DNA of 64,000 nt, taken from contig CAVVJX010000009.1 in assembly GCA_963748675.1 (NCBI GenBank), positions 140,931 through 204,930 of the forward strand. Direction: 5' to 3'. A program made the position numbers and the translations under genes. Under the pieces are notes generated by a model. That model searched no databases. It worked only from the letters and a program-made list of their open reading frames with translations, and was not told where the DNA came from. Below, piece by piece: positions 39,564-57,378 of the stretch. Source of the DNA: an uncultured Chloroflexia bacterium (GTDB taxonomy: Bacteria > Chloroflexota > Limnocylindria > Limnocylindrales > CSP1-4). Numbering within the stretch: the stretch's first letter is position 1; each line of letters begins with the position of its first letter.

Positions 39564-40958
39564 TTAGAGGAACAGGCGCGGGTTCACGAAGCTGCCGTTG
39601 AACTCGACCATCCAGTGGAGATGGGCGCCGGTCGAGTTGCCGGTGCTGCCTTCGTAGCCGATGACCTGGCCCTTCTTGACGGTCTGGCCGACCGCCACCG
39701 GGCGCTTGGGCTGCATGTGGGCATACCAGGTCTTGAGCGAGCCGGAGTGCGCGATCACGACGACCCACGCCGGGTCGGCGCCATCCGCCCAGTTCCAGCC
39801 GACATAGACGACCGTCCCGGCGGCAGCGGCCTTGACCTTGGTGCCGTAGGGCGCGACGAGGTCGATGCCGTTGTGATAGTGCGCGCACCCGTTGCCTGGC
39901 GCGTAGTAGGCGAATGTGCTGCAGCCGTAGTTCCCGCTGACGTTGAAGTCGTCCATCGGCCAGCGCATCGTCCCGTTGAACTTCGAGGGGATGTTGCCGC
40001 GCGAGACCTGCCGAGCGATGAGGCTGTTGATCTCCTTGGCCAGCCGCCGTTGGTCCGCGGCGGCCCGGCGGATGATCGCGGCCGCGTTCGCCCGGCTGCG
40101 CTTGACCGCGGCGTAGCGGGCCTTCTGCGCCGCGAGGGTCTTCGCGACGGCGCGCTGCAGCCTGGCGAGCTCCTTCTTGGTCTCCTTGAGCTCGAGCAGG
40201 CTCTTGTCGAGCGCGCGCTTCTGGGCCGCCGTCTCCTGGCGCAGCAGGTTCGTCCGGACGCGCGTGTCGAGGACGGTCTCGTGCAGCGCGGCGAGCGTTT
40301 CCTTGTCGCGCGTGATCTGATCGGCCAGCGCCTGGTCCTGCTCGCCGACGTCGATGTAGTAGCTCATCTCGGCGAGGATGTCGGTGAAGGTGCCGCCCGA
40401 GAGGAACGTCTCGAGCGGTGACGTCCGGTCGGTGTCATAGGCATTGCGGACGCGGTCGGCCAGCAGCGCCCGGCGTTCGCTGAGCTCGACTCGCTTGGCT
40501 GCCTCCTGGGCGACCACGAGCGTGAGCTGGGCATCCATCTGCTTGACCTGCTCGACGAGGTCGGCGTAGGCCGCCTTGACGACCTTGATCCGCGCTTCCA
40601 TCTTGACGATCTTCTTCTTGACCGCGGTCAGGTCGGCACCGATCGCCCGGAGCTGGTGCTTCGTGTCGGCGATCTCGGCGGCGAGACCGGCCTGGAGGTC
40701 GTTGAGCGCGGCCACGCGAGCCTTCTGCTCGGCGACCTGCTTCTTGAGCTGCGCGGCCTTCGCCTTGGCGTCGGACAGCTCGTCGCCACGTGCGACCTGG
40801 GGCGAGACGGACGCACCGAGCATGCCCACGAGGAGCGGGATCATCAGGACGAGCGCATGCAGACCGCGGCTCGAGCGGCGCGACGGACGAGCGGCTGCCT
40901 GGTTCGACCAGCCAGTGGATCCGGGATGGCCCGTATCGGGGCGGACAGTGCGGCGCAT
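39564..40958 (-). CDS. M23 peptidase with long coiled coil (EnvC/CwlO-like murein hydrolase or activator); start uncertain
   Basis: Hydrophobic signal segment, coiled coil, HNGID, YAHM, STGAHLH. Confidence 0.9.
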   Translation of the reverse strand: MRRTVRPDTGHPGSTGWSNQAAARPSRRSSRGLHALVLMIPLLVGMLGASVSPQVARGDELSDAKAKAAQLKKQVAEQKARVAALNDLQAGLAAEIADTKHQLRAIGADLTAVKKKIVKMEARIKVVKAAYADLVEQVKQMDAQLTLVVAQEAAKRVELSERRALLADRVRNAYDTDRTSPLETFLSGGTFTDILAEMSYYIDVGEQDQALADQITRDKETLAALHETVLDTRVRTNLLRQETAAQKRALDKSLLELKETKKELARLQRAVAKTLAAQKARYAAVKRSRANAAAIIRRAAADQRRLAKEINSLIARQVSRGNIPSKFNGTMRWPMDDFNVSGNYGCSTFAYYAPGNGCAHYHNGIDLVAPYGTKVKAAAAGTVVYVGWNWADGADPAWVVVIAHSGSLKTWYAHMQPKRPVAVGQTVKKGQVIGYEGSTGNSTGAHLHWMVEFNGSFVNPRLFL

Positions 40959-41217
40959 CACCTGGGCGGCGTCATCGTGCGAGCAAACTCCGTTGGTCGG
41001 CGCCTGGCTGGGGCCGTGGCGCGGTCGACGGTTAGCCCGCCGGTGCCGACGTCCATCGACGGGCACATGCCGCAGGACGACGATCTGAATTCCGGCTTCC
41101 GGGGGATGATACCCCGAGGGGCAACCCAACCGCCAGCAACCAGTCTAGATGGCTTGGCCGCCGAACTGGATGGGTCGAAGGTCAGGGGCGGTACTGGGAC
41201 GTTAGGTGGGGTCTGGT

Positions 41218-41245
41218 GCGGTGGGCCGCGGTCACGGCCCACCGC
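41218..41245 (-). terminator. GC-rich hairpin after the pullulanase gene (terminator-like, no U-tract)
   Basis: GCGGTGGGCCG / CGGCCCACCGC 11-bp stem about 20 nt after the stop. Confidence 0.55.
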
Positions 41246-41262
41246 CACACGGGAACGAACGT

Positions 41263-48330
<7,068 letters not shown>

Positions 48331-48432
48331 CGACAACCTCCCAGACGAGCGCGGGGCGAACCCCTGCCACGACTTCAACGACGCCGTTCGGAGCCCTCCG
48401 GACGCCGCGTGGGGCGGCACTGGGGTCGGAGG

Positions 48433-48489
48433 TAAACCGGTTTAGGGCGACGTCCGGACAGGATGCGCTTCGGGGCCGAGCGGTGTCAA
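48433..48489 (-). promoter_or_regulatory. Sigma70 promoter and LacI/MalR-type operator for the pullulanase gene
   Basis: TTGACA (48484-48489)-N18-CATCCT; perfect palindrome TAAACCGGTTTA at 48433-48444 downstream of the promoter. Confidence 0.7.
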
Positions 48490-48537
48490 CGGTTCGAGCG
48501 CGTTTAGTCCGCGTTTAGTCACGATGCGGCGATCGAT

Positions 48538-49179
48538 TCAGGCGCGGATGAGCAACGCCCACAACGCGCCGATGATCAGGAACGGCCCGAATGGGACATA
48601 CGACCGACGCCCGATCCGGCGCGTGACCAGGAGCGCGAGCAGGACCACGCCCGCGAGGATCAGCCCGAAGATCGTGCCACCCAGCGCCCGCTCGCCACCG
48701 AGCAGCAATCCGGTCCCGGCCAGCAGCTTCACGTCGCCGATGCCGAACGCCCCGGCCCCGAACGGGATCGACGGCAGGTACAGCACGGCCGGGATCAACA
48801 CGGCGGCCAGCACGGCCAGCTGGATCTCCCCGCCGACGAGCGGGTTCAGCCCCGACACGGCGTACGCCAGGGCGATCGGGATGACCGGCAACGTCAACTC
48901 GTCGGGGAGCAGGCGCTGGTCGAGGTCCGTGGCCAGACCCACGATCAGCGTCACGATCCAGGCACCGAACACGGCCAGGGCCAGCGGGTCCCCGCCGAAC
49001 CGCGCGGGCAGCAGTCCGAGCGCCACCGCGCCCACGACCCCACACAGGACCGTTCGCCAATCGACTCGCCGCCCCGGCGGGTGCTCCTCGTCGTGGGCCG
49101 GCCAGCGAGTCGCGAAACGATCGGCGGCCACACCGAGCGCCGCCCCGGCCACGCCGAGGATCAGGCTCAGCGGCTCCAC
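48538..49179 (-). CDS. Prepilin peptidase (A24 family) lacking the N-terminal Cys zinc motif
   Basis: TDLDQRLLPD, FGIGDVKL, VPFGPFL. Confidence 0.88.
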   Translation of the reverse strand: MEPLSLILGVAGAALGVAADRFATRWPAHDEEHPPGRRVDWRTVLCGVVGAVALGLLPARFGGDPLALAVFGAWIVTLIVGLATDLDQRLLPDELTLPVIPIALAYAVSGLNPLVGGEIQLAVLAAVLIPAVLYLPSIPFGAGAFGIGDVKLLAGTGLLLGGERALGGTIFGLILAGVVLLALLVTRRIGRRSYVPFGPFLIIGALWALLIRA

Positions 49180-49210
49180 GTCACTCGCGGTCGGACGGCC
49201 GCCGCCGCGC

Positions 49211-50722
49211 TCAGGCCCGACCGGCCAGGGCGAGCTCGACGAGCGTGGCGTGCGACACGCCGGTCGACCCGCGCGGCGCGAACGGCAGGGCCTTGCGGTA
49301 GTACGCGGTCCCGGCGATGTCGAGATGGACCCACGGCTTGGTGACGAACTCGCGCAGGAACAGACCGCTCTTCACGAGGCCGCCCTCGGGCGAGCCCGCG
49401 TTCTGGAAGTCGGCGTACCAGCTCTCCATGTCCGGGATGTAGTCCAGGATCAGGGGCAGCTGCCAGTAGCGCTCGCCGGCCCGCTCGCCCGCCGCGGCAA
49501 CCTGGTCGTACCAGTCCTGCGGCTGACCGAATGCTCCGGTGACGAGGTGCCCGAGGGCCCGTGCGACGGCGCCCGTGAGCGTCGCGACGTCGACGAGGTG
49601 GGTGGCGCCCAACCGTTCCGCATAGGTCATCGCGTCGCCGAGGATGAGCCGGCCCTCCGCATCCGTGTTCGTGATGTCGACCTTCTTGCCGTTGAGCGCG
49701 GTCACGATGTCGCCGGGTCGGGTCGAATGCGGCCCCGGCATGTTCTCGACCGCCGGCGCCAGCCCCAGCAGCGGGGTCCCCGGCGCGAGGCGCGCCACCG
49801 TTTCCATCACCGCGAGGACCGTGCAGGCGCCGGTCTTGTCCATCTTCATCTCTTCCATCCGGTCGGATGGCTTGATGCTGATGCCGCCCGAATCGAAGCA
49901 GACGCCCTTGCCGACGATCGCCAGGTGGCGATCCAGCGAGTCGCGCTGGCCCTCCTTGCCCGAGCGCATGACGATCATCCGCGGCGGGTTGTCGCTGCCA
50001 CGCCCGACCGCCATGAACATCCCCATCCCGAGCTCGGTCGCCCGCTCGGGCTCGATGACGTCGATCCACAGGTCGTTGCGTTCGGCGATCGCGCGCGCCT
50101 CCTGCGCCATGACGTCGGGGGTCACGTCGTTGGCCGCGCGGTTGGACAGCGTGCGGGCGTTGTTCGCGCCCTCGCCGATGATCACGCCACGCTCGGCGGC
50201 GGCCTTGATCGCACCGACGTCCCCGTCGGGCATGACCAGGATCAGCTCATCGAGCTGTGGAGGGCTCGACTCGGCGTCGTCGCGATAGATCGACTTGGGG
50301 TCGTACGAACCCTCGACCACGCCGCGCGCCAGCAGCTCGGCCACGACCGTGACGTCGCCGTCGATGGTCTCGAGGCCGGCCAGCGGCGCCAGCCAGAAGG
50401 CCAGGCTGCGCACGACACGACCGCCGAGCCGGCGCTCCGCGGAGGCTCCCACGCGCACGATGACTTCGCGATCGATCGTCGCGGCATCCCCCGCCCCGAT
50501 CAGGACGAGCCGCCCGGCCGGAAGCTCGCCGGCCGCCGCGAGCGTCGTGGCATACCGCTTGCCGGTCAGCTCCTTGAAGCCGGCCAGCGCCCGGAGCTCG
50601 CCGCCGGTTCGCCGGTCGATCTCGTCGAGCGGCCCTTCGAAGGTCGGGTCACCTGTGTAGGGGATGACGAGGACGTCGGCCTTGACGTCCCACGGCTGGT
50701 CGGTGACGACACGAAGCTGCAC
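49211..50722 (-). CDS. pepA: Leucyl aminopeptidase (M17)
   Basis: VGKGVCFDSGGISIK, MKMDKTG, NTDAEGRL, DVATLTGA, WVHLDIAG. Confidence 0.95.
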   Translation of the reverse strand: MQLRVVTDQPWDVKADVLVIPYTGDPTFEGPLDEIDRRTGGELRALAGFKELTGKRYATTLAAAGELPAGRLVLIGAGDAATIDREVIVRVGASAERRLGGRVVRSLAFWLAPLAGLETIDGDVTVVAELLARGVVEGSYDPKSIYRDDAESSPPQLDELILVMPDGDVGAIKAAAERGVIIGEGANNARTLSNRAANDVTPDVMAQEARAIAERNDLWIDVIEPERATELGMGMFMAVGRGSDNPPRMIVMRSGKEGQRDSLDRHLAIVGKGVCFDSGGISIKPSDRMEEMKMDKTGACTVLAVMETVARLAPGTPLLGLAPAVENMPGPHSTRPGDIVTALNGKKVDITNTDAEGRLILGDAMTYAERLGATHLVDVATLTGAVARALGHLVTGAFGQPQDWYDQVAAAGERAGERYWQLPLILDYIPDMESWYADFQNAGSPEGGLVKSGLFLREFVTKPWVHLDIAGTAYYRKALPFAPRGSTGVSHATLVELALAGRA

Positions 50723-50844
50723 GGTGGTGGGTTCCTCCGGGTGTCGGGCCGCATGGGCGCGGGCGACCGCGAGTCAGGGACAGTGGCCGAAAGTGTACTG
50801 CCCGGCTGGGACCCCGGGCTGCCCGGGGCACGAAAGACCCGAAC

Positions 50845-51798
50845 TTACGTTCCCGGGCTCGCAGCGGGCTCGGCGAGCGCCGCGCTCAGCTGGCCGCGGG
50901 CCTCCTCGATCGCGATGACGGCGCCGTTCATCCCGCCGCGGCCGATCTCGGCCATGATCAGCACGAGGCCGCGCGTGTCCGGCGGCAGCCGGTCCTTGGC
51001 CTTGCGTTCCTCGGTGATCGCCTTGCGAACGGCGTCGGTGACGCGACCGCCACTGTCGTCCAGGGCGGCGTACAGGTCGCGGAGCGCGGCGTCGTATCGG
51101 GCGCTCCGGTCCAGCCATTCGTCGAGGGTCACGACCTCCACCGTGCGCGCCAGCGCGTTGCGCAGGCGTCGCGCATCGGCGATCGCGGTGTCCGCTTCGT
51201 CAAGGATCGTCAGGGCCGCCGCGTACTCGGCGTCGCGCCCCTGCTCGGCGGCAGCCAGGACGGCCGTATCGTGATCGGCGAGGAGATTCGAGAGGCGCGT
51301 CGCGGCCGCCGACCCGCTGGCGAGCTGCAACCACGACGCCTCGACGCCCCGGGTGGACGCCAGGGCCGCCGCCAGCCGCGCGTGCCGATCGCGAACCGCC
51401 GGCCCGAGCCGGTAGCCCGCCTCCTCCGTGCCCACGAGGGGAACGTCGTCGAGCGCGGCTTCGATCTTCGCCGCGCGGGACCCGATGTCCGTCACGAGCC
51501 GGTCGCCTTCGTCGAGGGCGGCGGCCGCGGTCGCGGGGTCGCTGGCGACCAGCGCCGAGAGCGCCCCACGTCCCTGGACCCCGAGGTCATCGAGTCGGTC
51601 CGCGACGAGCGCCAGGTCCGCCGCGATGGCGTCGAGGCGGGCGCTGACGACGACGTCATCCCGCGCCGTCAGCCACGGGCGCGACCCGGCGGTGGCGGGG
51701 GCGTCCATGCCCGCCACGAGACCCGCCGCACCGAGCGCGATGAGGACGACCGCGACGAGCCAGGCGATGGCGAGCAGGAATTGACGGATCTGGGGCAC
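50845..51798 (-). CDS. Hypothetical membrane-anchored all-helical protein
   Basis: N-terminal TM segment, Ala/Leu-rich helical body, coding-like composition. Confidence 0.7.
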   Translation of the reverse strand: MPQIRQFLLAIAWLVAVVLIALGAAGLVAGMDAPATAGSRPWLTARDDVVVSARLDAIAADLALVADRLDDLGVQGRGALSALVASDPATAAAALDEGDRLVTDIGSRAAKIEAALDDVPLVGTEEAGYRLGPAVRDRHARLAAALASTRGVEASWLQLASGSAAATRLSNLLADHDTAVLAAAEQGRDAEYAAALTILDEADTAIADARRLRNALARTVEVVTLDEWLDRSARYDAALRDLYAALDDSGGRVTDAVRKAITEERKAKDRLPPDTRGLVLIMAEIGRGGMNGAVIAIEEARGQLSAALAEPAASPGT

Positions 51799-51887
51799 GA
51801 GCGGTTGGTCGGCTCCGGTGATCGACTCGGGGTCGGCGCCCGCACGGTGTGCGAGCGTCGGAAGCCCGGGAATCGTAGCATCGGGCA

Positions 51888-52964
51888 GTGACGACGCCGA
51901 CGGACGACCTCGCGACCCAGGCCCGCCGCCGCCTCATCGAGGCGATGCCGAAGGCCGAGCTGCACCTCCACCTCGACGGTTCGTTGCGGGTGGACACGGC
52001 GCTCGAGCTCGCCCGGACGCGCGGCATCGACGCGCCGACGGACTGGATCGGCATGTCCGCGGCCCTCATCGCGCCGATGCCATGCGCCGACCAGGCGGAG
52101 CTGCTGCGCGCGTTCGACCTGCCGATCGCGCTGATGCAGGACGCCGAGGCGCTCGAGCGCATCACGAGTGAGCTCGTCGAGACCAAGGCCGCGGACGGCG
52201 TGCGTTATGTCGAGATCCGCTGGGGTCCCCGGCTCCATGTCGCGGGCGGCCTCTCCCTCGCGGACGGGATCGCGGCCGTGTGCGCCGGCGCGCGCGACGG
52301 AGCCTCGCGAACCGGCACGGTCGTGCGCCTCATCTGCACCGCCCTCCGTTCCCACGACGCCGACGGGAACGTGGAGCTGGCCGAGACCGCGGCCCGCTTC
52401 ATCGATGAGGGCCTGACGGGATGGGACCTCGCCGGACCCGAGGCCGCGTATCCCGACCCGCTCGACCACGCCCGTGCCTTCGAGGCGGCGCGGGCCAACG
52501 GCCTGCGCATGACGATCCACGCCGGGGAATGGGGCGGCGCGGCCCAGGTCCGCCGCGCGCTGGTCGTGGAGCCGGAGCGCATCGCCCACGGCCCGGTCAC
52601 CATCGACGACCCCGCGTTGTGCGATGAGCTGCGGGCCCGCGGGATCTCGCTCGACCTCTGTCCGACCTCGAACTGGCAGGCCGGCGTCGTCCCGTCCGTG
52701 GCGGCGCATCCGCTTGCCGAGCTCCATCGCCGGGGTGTGCCCGTGACGCTCAATACCGACGACACGACGGTCTCGGACATCAAGCTGTCCGAGGAGTACG
52801 TCAACGCGGTCGAGCAGATCGGGCTGACCCTGCCGGAGCTGTGGGCGATCGACCGGCGGGCGCTCGATGTCGCCTTCGCGGACGAGGCGACGCTGTCCTC
52901 GTTGCGGGGGTCCTTCGACCGCTGGGCCGCCGGGATCCCAGAGCTCGCTTCGACGGAGGCGTAG
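51888..52964 (+). CDS. add: Adenosine deaminase
   Basis: PKAELHLHLDGS, DLAGPE, TIHAGE, RIAHG, CPTSN, LNTDD. Confidence 0.93.
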   Translation: MTTPTDDLATQARRRLIEAMPKAELHLHLDGSLRVDTALELARTRGIDAPTDWIGMSAALIAPMPCADQAELLRAFDLPIALMQDAEALERITSELVETKAADGVRYVEIRWGPRLHVAGGLSLADGIAAVCAGARDGASRTGTVVRLICTALRSHDADGNVELAETAARFIDEGLTGWDLAGPEAAYPDPLDHARAFEAARANGLRMTIHAGEWGGAAQVRRALVVEPERIAHGPVTIDDPALCDELRARGISLDLCPTSNWQAGVVPSVAAHPLAELHRRGVPVTLNTDDTTVSDIKLSEEYVNAVEQIGLTLPELWAIDRRALDVAFADEATLSSLRGSFDRWAAGIPELASTEA

Positions 52965-52971
52965 CGCAGCC

Positions 52972-53817
52972 CTACCCCGAGAGCGCCTCGAGCGCGGCGG
53001 CCAGCTCGGTCGCATCCGCGGCGATCGCGGTCGGCCGCTCCTCGGCGGGGAGTGCGTCGACCTGTTCCCGGGTGGTCACGCCGGTCAGCATCAGCACGCA
53101 ACGCGCCCCGACGGCGCGCGCCGCCGCGAGGTCCGTCCCGATCCCGTCCCCGATCATGATCGCCTCGCTGGCGTGGCGCCCCACTGCCTCGGCGGCCAGT
53201 TCCAACAGATTCGGTTCGGGCTTGCCGATCGAGAGGGGCGTGACGCCGGTGGTCGCCTCGAGGGCCGCGGCCACGGCGCCGGCGCCCGGGCGGAGGCCGC
53301 GCTCGGTCGGGTAGACCGGGTCGCGATTCGTGGCGATGAAGCGAGCTCCGGCCCGGACGCAGTCGGCCGCCGCCGCGAGGCGCAGGTAGGTGAGGTTCGG
53401 GTCGAGCCCGGTGACGACGGCGTCCGGGGCGCCGGCGGCCGCCCAGCCATCGATGCCCTCCTGGTGCATGCGGGTGGCGGCATGCGCCGAGGTGACCACC
53501 TCGAGCCCGACGTCGCGCAATTCGCGCTCGAGGCCGCCCCCGCCGACGACGAGGACCCGCCGGATCCCCGCCTCGTGCGTCACCAGGTGGAGCGCCGTTG
53601 CCCGTGCCGACGAGACCACCGTGTCGGCCGTGATCGGCGCGCCCATCGCCGTGAGCCGGGTCACGTAGTCGGCGCGGTAGTGCATCGAGTTGTTGGTCAC
53701 GTACACGACGTCGTCGCCGCGGGCTGCGCGGTCGGCGAGGACCTCGGCCACGCCCGGCACGGGGTCGGCGCCGCGGTAGACGACGCCGTCGAGATCGACG
53801 AGGAGGAGCAGGCTCAC
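52972..53817 (-). CDS. HAD-IIA (NagD-like) phosphatase
   Basis: DLDGVVY, VTNNS, ATNRD, IGKP, IGDGIGTDL. Confidence 0.92.
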   Translation of the reverse strand: MSLLLLVDLDGVVYRGADPVPGVAEVLADRAARGDDVVYVTNNSMHYRADYVTRLTAMGAPITADTVVSSARATALHLVTHEAGIRRVLVVGGGGLERELRDVGLEVVTSAHAATRMHQEGIDGWAAAGAPDAVVTGLDPNLTYLRLAAAADCVRAGARFIATNRDPVYPTERGLRPGAGAVAAALEATTGVTPLSIGKPEPNLLELAAEAVGRHASEAIMIGDGIGTDLAAARAVGARCVLMLTGVTTREQVDALPAEERPTAIAADATELAAALEALSG

Positions 53818-53862
53818 GCGGCCGATCGTAGCCGCCGGCCGGACCACGCGTAGGATGGCGTC

Positions 53863-54447
53863 GTGACGACGCTTCCGCGCGACCCGCTGACCGGCACCGA
53901 CCGACTGCTCATCGACGGCACGAATCTCCTCCACGCCCTGTCGCGCAAGCCCGGCGCGGCGCCGCAGGCGGCGTTGATCGGTCGATTGCGGGCGATCGTC
54001 CCCGCGGCCATCGGCATCGAGCTGGTCTTCGATGGGGCGCCGGACCGGGGGATGCGCGGCGAGCGCGTCGCATCCGGACTGATCGTGCGCCATTCCGGTC
54101 GGCGCACGGCCGACGAGGTGTTGCTCTCGCTCGTCGATGAGACACGGGCTGTCGCGGGCGCGGCCGCGACGGGGGCGCTGCTCGTGGTCAGCGACGACCA
54201 CGCGCTCCGGGCATCGTTGCGCGCCAAGGGGGCCCGGACCGCGGGCTCGGCGTGGCTCCTGGGTCGGCTCGAGCGGCCGAAGCTCTCGGCGCCGTCCGTC
54301 GGCAACCGCCGGCCGGCCGCGACTCGCCCGATCGACGAGCGTGACCCCGCCACGGAACCGCCGCGCTGGAAGCCCGGGCGCGGCGCGACGACGAAGCGGG
54401 GCAACCCGCGCCGTGGGCGACCGTCCTCGGGTAGCATGCCGTCGTGA
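53863..54447 (+). CDS. NYN/PIN-domain (YacP/Rae1-like) ribonuclease
   Basis: [22 protein letters not shown] acidic motifs; basic C-terminal tail. Confidence 0.8.
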   Translation: MTTLPRDPLTGTDRLLIDGTNLLHALSRKPGAAPQAALIGRLRAIVPAAIGIELVFDGAPDRGMRGERVASGLIVRHSGRRTADEVLLSLVDETRAVAGAAATGALLVVSDDHALRASLRAKGARTAGSAWLLGRLERPKLSAPSVGNRRPAATRPIDERDPATEPPRWKPGRGATTKRGNPRRGRPSSGSMPS

Positions 54448-54932
54448 CGATCATCGACACGCTCAACGAGATGTGGACCGGGCTCCTCGAGATCATGACC
54501 CAGTTCGTGATCCCGGATTGGAACGCCATCATCGCCATGCTGCCGCTCCTGATCTTCCTTGGCATCGTCGGGCCGCTGCTGACGCTCCTGCCGCTCGGGA
54601 TCGTGATCTACCAGCTGCGCAAGCCCCGGGTGAAGGGCGTGGCGTTCGAGGAAGGCCCGACGGTCGCGGCCATCGGCGAGGACGGCCAGCCGATCTTCCC
54701 GCCGGGACTGCCCCATTGCCGGCGCGATGGGCTCATCTACCCGTCGGGAACCAACCGATGCGAGCGCTGCCAGGATCAACTCGCCGTCATCTGCCCGATG
54801 TGCGGACTGGGCCGGATGGCCATCGTCGACACCTGCACGAACTGCGGTCTCGTGCTCAAGGTCAAGCCACGCTCGGTCGTCGTGCGCCGTGCGGCATCCG
54901 GGCCGAAGCCCGGCGGCGCGGCGGTCGCCTGA
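54444..54932 (+). CDS. Membrane protein with C-terminal double zinc ribbon
   Basis: TM helix followed by CRRD..CERC..CPMC..CTNC; GTGA overlap. Confidence 0.75.
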   Translation: MTIIDTLNEMWTGLLEIMTQFVIPDWNAIIAMLPLLIFLGIVGPLLTLLPLGIVIYQLRKPRVKGVAFEEGPTVAAIGEDGQPIFPPGLPHCRRDGLIYPSGTNRCERCQDQLAVICPMCGLGRMAIVDTCTNCGLVLKVKPRSVVVRRAASGPKPGGAAVA

Positions 54933-55010
54933 GGCCTGGGCCGGCATGACCCGTGACGTCGCGACGGCCGCTCCGCAACCTGCGGCCGCGCTCGGGCGTC
55001 TCCTGACACG

Positions 55011-55958
55011 ATGACCATGGCCGAGCTGTCCAACGCGCTCTTCCCGATCGGCGTCGTGTTCGTGGCGCTCGGGTTCGCGGCGCATGTCGGCCATGCGGTG
55101 ATGCTGGCCAACGGCCGTCGAGCGGCACTCCCCGTCCTGAGCGCCGCGCGCCAGCCGGCCTTTGCGGGCGTGGTGACCGGCTCGTTCGTGACGGAGTCGA
55201 CCCGGGCCGCGTCCGGCGGGCCCACCCTGGCCGCATCGCCGAGCCCGCTGTCCCGGGCGGCGACCGCGCTGTCCGCCCTGGCCGTGGCGTTCCTCGGGGT
55301 CTCGCTGCTCCTGCGCGGCATCGTCGTGGGCAGAGGGCCGTGGGGCAACATGTTCGAGTTCACGGTCGCCTTCTCGACCTCGATGGTGGCGGGCTACCTG
55401 GTCCTCGCTCGCCGGTACGCCATCCGCTCCATCGGGTTCATCCCGCTCGGCGTGGCGCTGATGCTGCTCCTCTACGCATCGAGCCTGCCGTCCGAGATCT
55501 CGCGGCTCGTCCCGGCCCTCCAGAACCCGCCGCTGCTCACGATCCACGTCGGGCTGGCCGTCCTCTCGTACGGGATCTTCGCGACGGCATTCGCGGCCGG
55601 GGTCGCCTACCTCGTCCAGGGCCAGGACGACCGGTTCGCCTGGCTGCCGTCGCACAAGGTGCTCGACGAGGTCGCCTACCGCGCCGTGATCATCGGCTTC
55701 CCGATCTTCGCGACGATGATCATCCTGGGCTCCTGGTGGGCCTCGATCGCCTGGTCGCGTTACTGGGGCTGGGATCCCAAGGAGACCGCCGCGCTCGTGA
55801 CGTGGCTGACCTATGCGGTCTACCTCCACGCCCGCAACCGGCGCTCGTGGGCCGGCCGGCCGGCCGCGCTCCTGCTGGTCGTGGGCTTCGGGATGGTGCT
55901 GGTCACGTATTCGGGCTCGCTGTGGTTCAGCGGCCTGCACTCGTACAGCGGGCTCTAG
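55011..55958 (+). CDS. ccsA: Cytochrome c biogenesis protein CcsA/ResC (system II)
   Basis: PWGNMFEF, LVPALQ..LLTIHV, WWD domain WASIAWSRYWGWDPKET, C-terminal GLHSY. Confidence 0.93.
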   Translation: MTMAELSNALFPIGVVFVALGFAAHVGHAVMLANGRRAALPVLSAARQPAFAGVVTGSFVTESTRAASGGPTLAASPSPLSRAATALSALAVAFLGVSLLLRGIVVGRGPWGNMFEFTVAFSTSMVAGYLVLARRYAIRSIGFIPLGVALMLLLYASSLPSEISRLVPALQNPPLLTIHVGLAVLSYGIFATAFAAGVAYLVQGQDDRFAWLPSHKVLDEVAYRAVIIGFPIFATMIILGSWWASIAWSRYWGWDPKETAALVTWLTYAVYLHARNRRSWAGRPAALLLVVGFGMVLVTYSGSLWFSGLHSYSGL

Positions 55959-57378
55959 TCCTCGAACGTCTGCTCGATCAGCGTGCCATCGGACGCGAAG
56001 GTGAGGGTCGTGGCTCGGGTGCTGTCCGAGGCACACGACTCGTTGTCGCAGAGGTAGCCGCGGGCAACCAGCCGGTCGTCGAGGTCCACGGACAGATCCA
56101 GCACATGCGTCCGTTCGGGGAGATCGATCGGCCAACCATCGACGATGGCGCCATCCGCATCGAACGCGACGACCGCACCACCCATGCCACCCATGGCTGT
56201 GGGCTCCCGGGTCACGTCCTGCCGTCGAAGCCAGCGAGAGATACATCGTCCCGTCGTTAGCGAAGGCCGGGCTCGTCGCAGCCGGCACAGGGCGTGTCTC
56301 CGAACAGGCAGCGCGTCTCGATGTTCGCGGGCAGGTCGATCGGCGCACCGGTGACCAGGGTTCCATCGAGCCGGAGCAGGACGAGTCGATCCTTCGCCTC
56401 GAGGGCAGTGTCGATGATGGCGATGCGTCCGTCAGGGGCGACATACGGTGGCGCCGGCGCGTCCAGCTGATACGGCCATCCCGGCCGGATCTCGCCGCGG
56501 TCGTCGTGGCTCCACACGCGACCCGACGCGCTGACATAGGTGAGGCCGTCGTCGACGTCGAGCACGGGACCGGATGCGGCGCCTTCCGACCCGCGCGGCC
56601 AGCCAGGGTGTAGGCGGCCGTCGAATGACCACGAGGTGAACTCGGTGCGCCGAGCCTCGAGCAGGATGGCCGGCTCGACGTCCTGGTAGCCCCACGCGAC
56701 GACCCCGTCGGCGTGCAGGGCGAAGCCGCGGCAGCCGTCGCCGCCCCACCCATCCATGGCCGGGGGATCTCCGGGGATCTGCTGCGGCCATCCGGCGACC
56801 GGATTGCCATCGGGATGGAACGCGTGCAGGCGCGCCGCGGATCCCGTCGAGATCGCCACGTAGATCGTCCCGCCGGGGCCGACCTCGATCGACGATCGCT
56901 GGATGCCGCAGCCGATCGAAAGATCGCTCCACGACACGGTCGAGACGGCTCCGTCGAGCGTGGCGGGCCATCCGTTTTCGGGCCCACCATCCAGGCCGAT
57001 GACATGGATCGTCGCGCCGTCGCTCGGGGAGCAAGCGATGTAGGCGATGCCGTCCACGCCGGTCCGAAGCCCGGGGCACGGGCCGTCGACCCCGACCGGC
57101 CAGCCGGCCGGGTCCCGGACGCCGTCGAGGACGAGGTGGACCTGGCAGGTCGCCGCCGCAAAGTCGCAGTCGATCGAGTGGCCGACCGCGAGTGGGTCGG
57201 GGACGGGATCGGTGTCAGGCGGGATCGGTGTCGGCGAGGGAGGAGCGGCGGAGGGTGACGGCACGATGCTGGGCCGGTTCGTCGCGGTCGCGACGGGCGA
57301 CGCGGATCCGGGCGCTCCAGCGCATGCCGCCAGGACGATGGCGATGATCGCGATGAAGAGGGAACGGGACGGGCGCAT
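55955..57378 (-). CDS. Cys-rich lipoprotein with repeated GWP blades (beta-propeller-like); about 2 apparent frameshifts near 56220-56280
   Basis: Lipobox LAAC, Pro/Ser linker, at least 6 xGWP motifs; continues through ORF 55955..56215. Confidence 0.7.
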
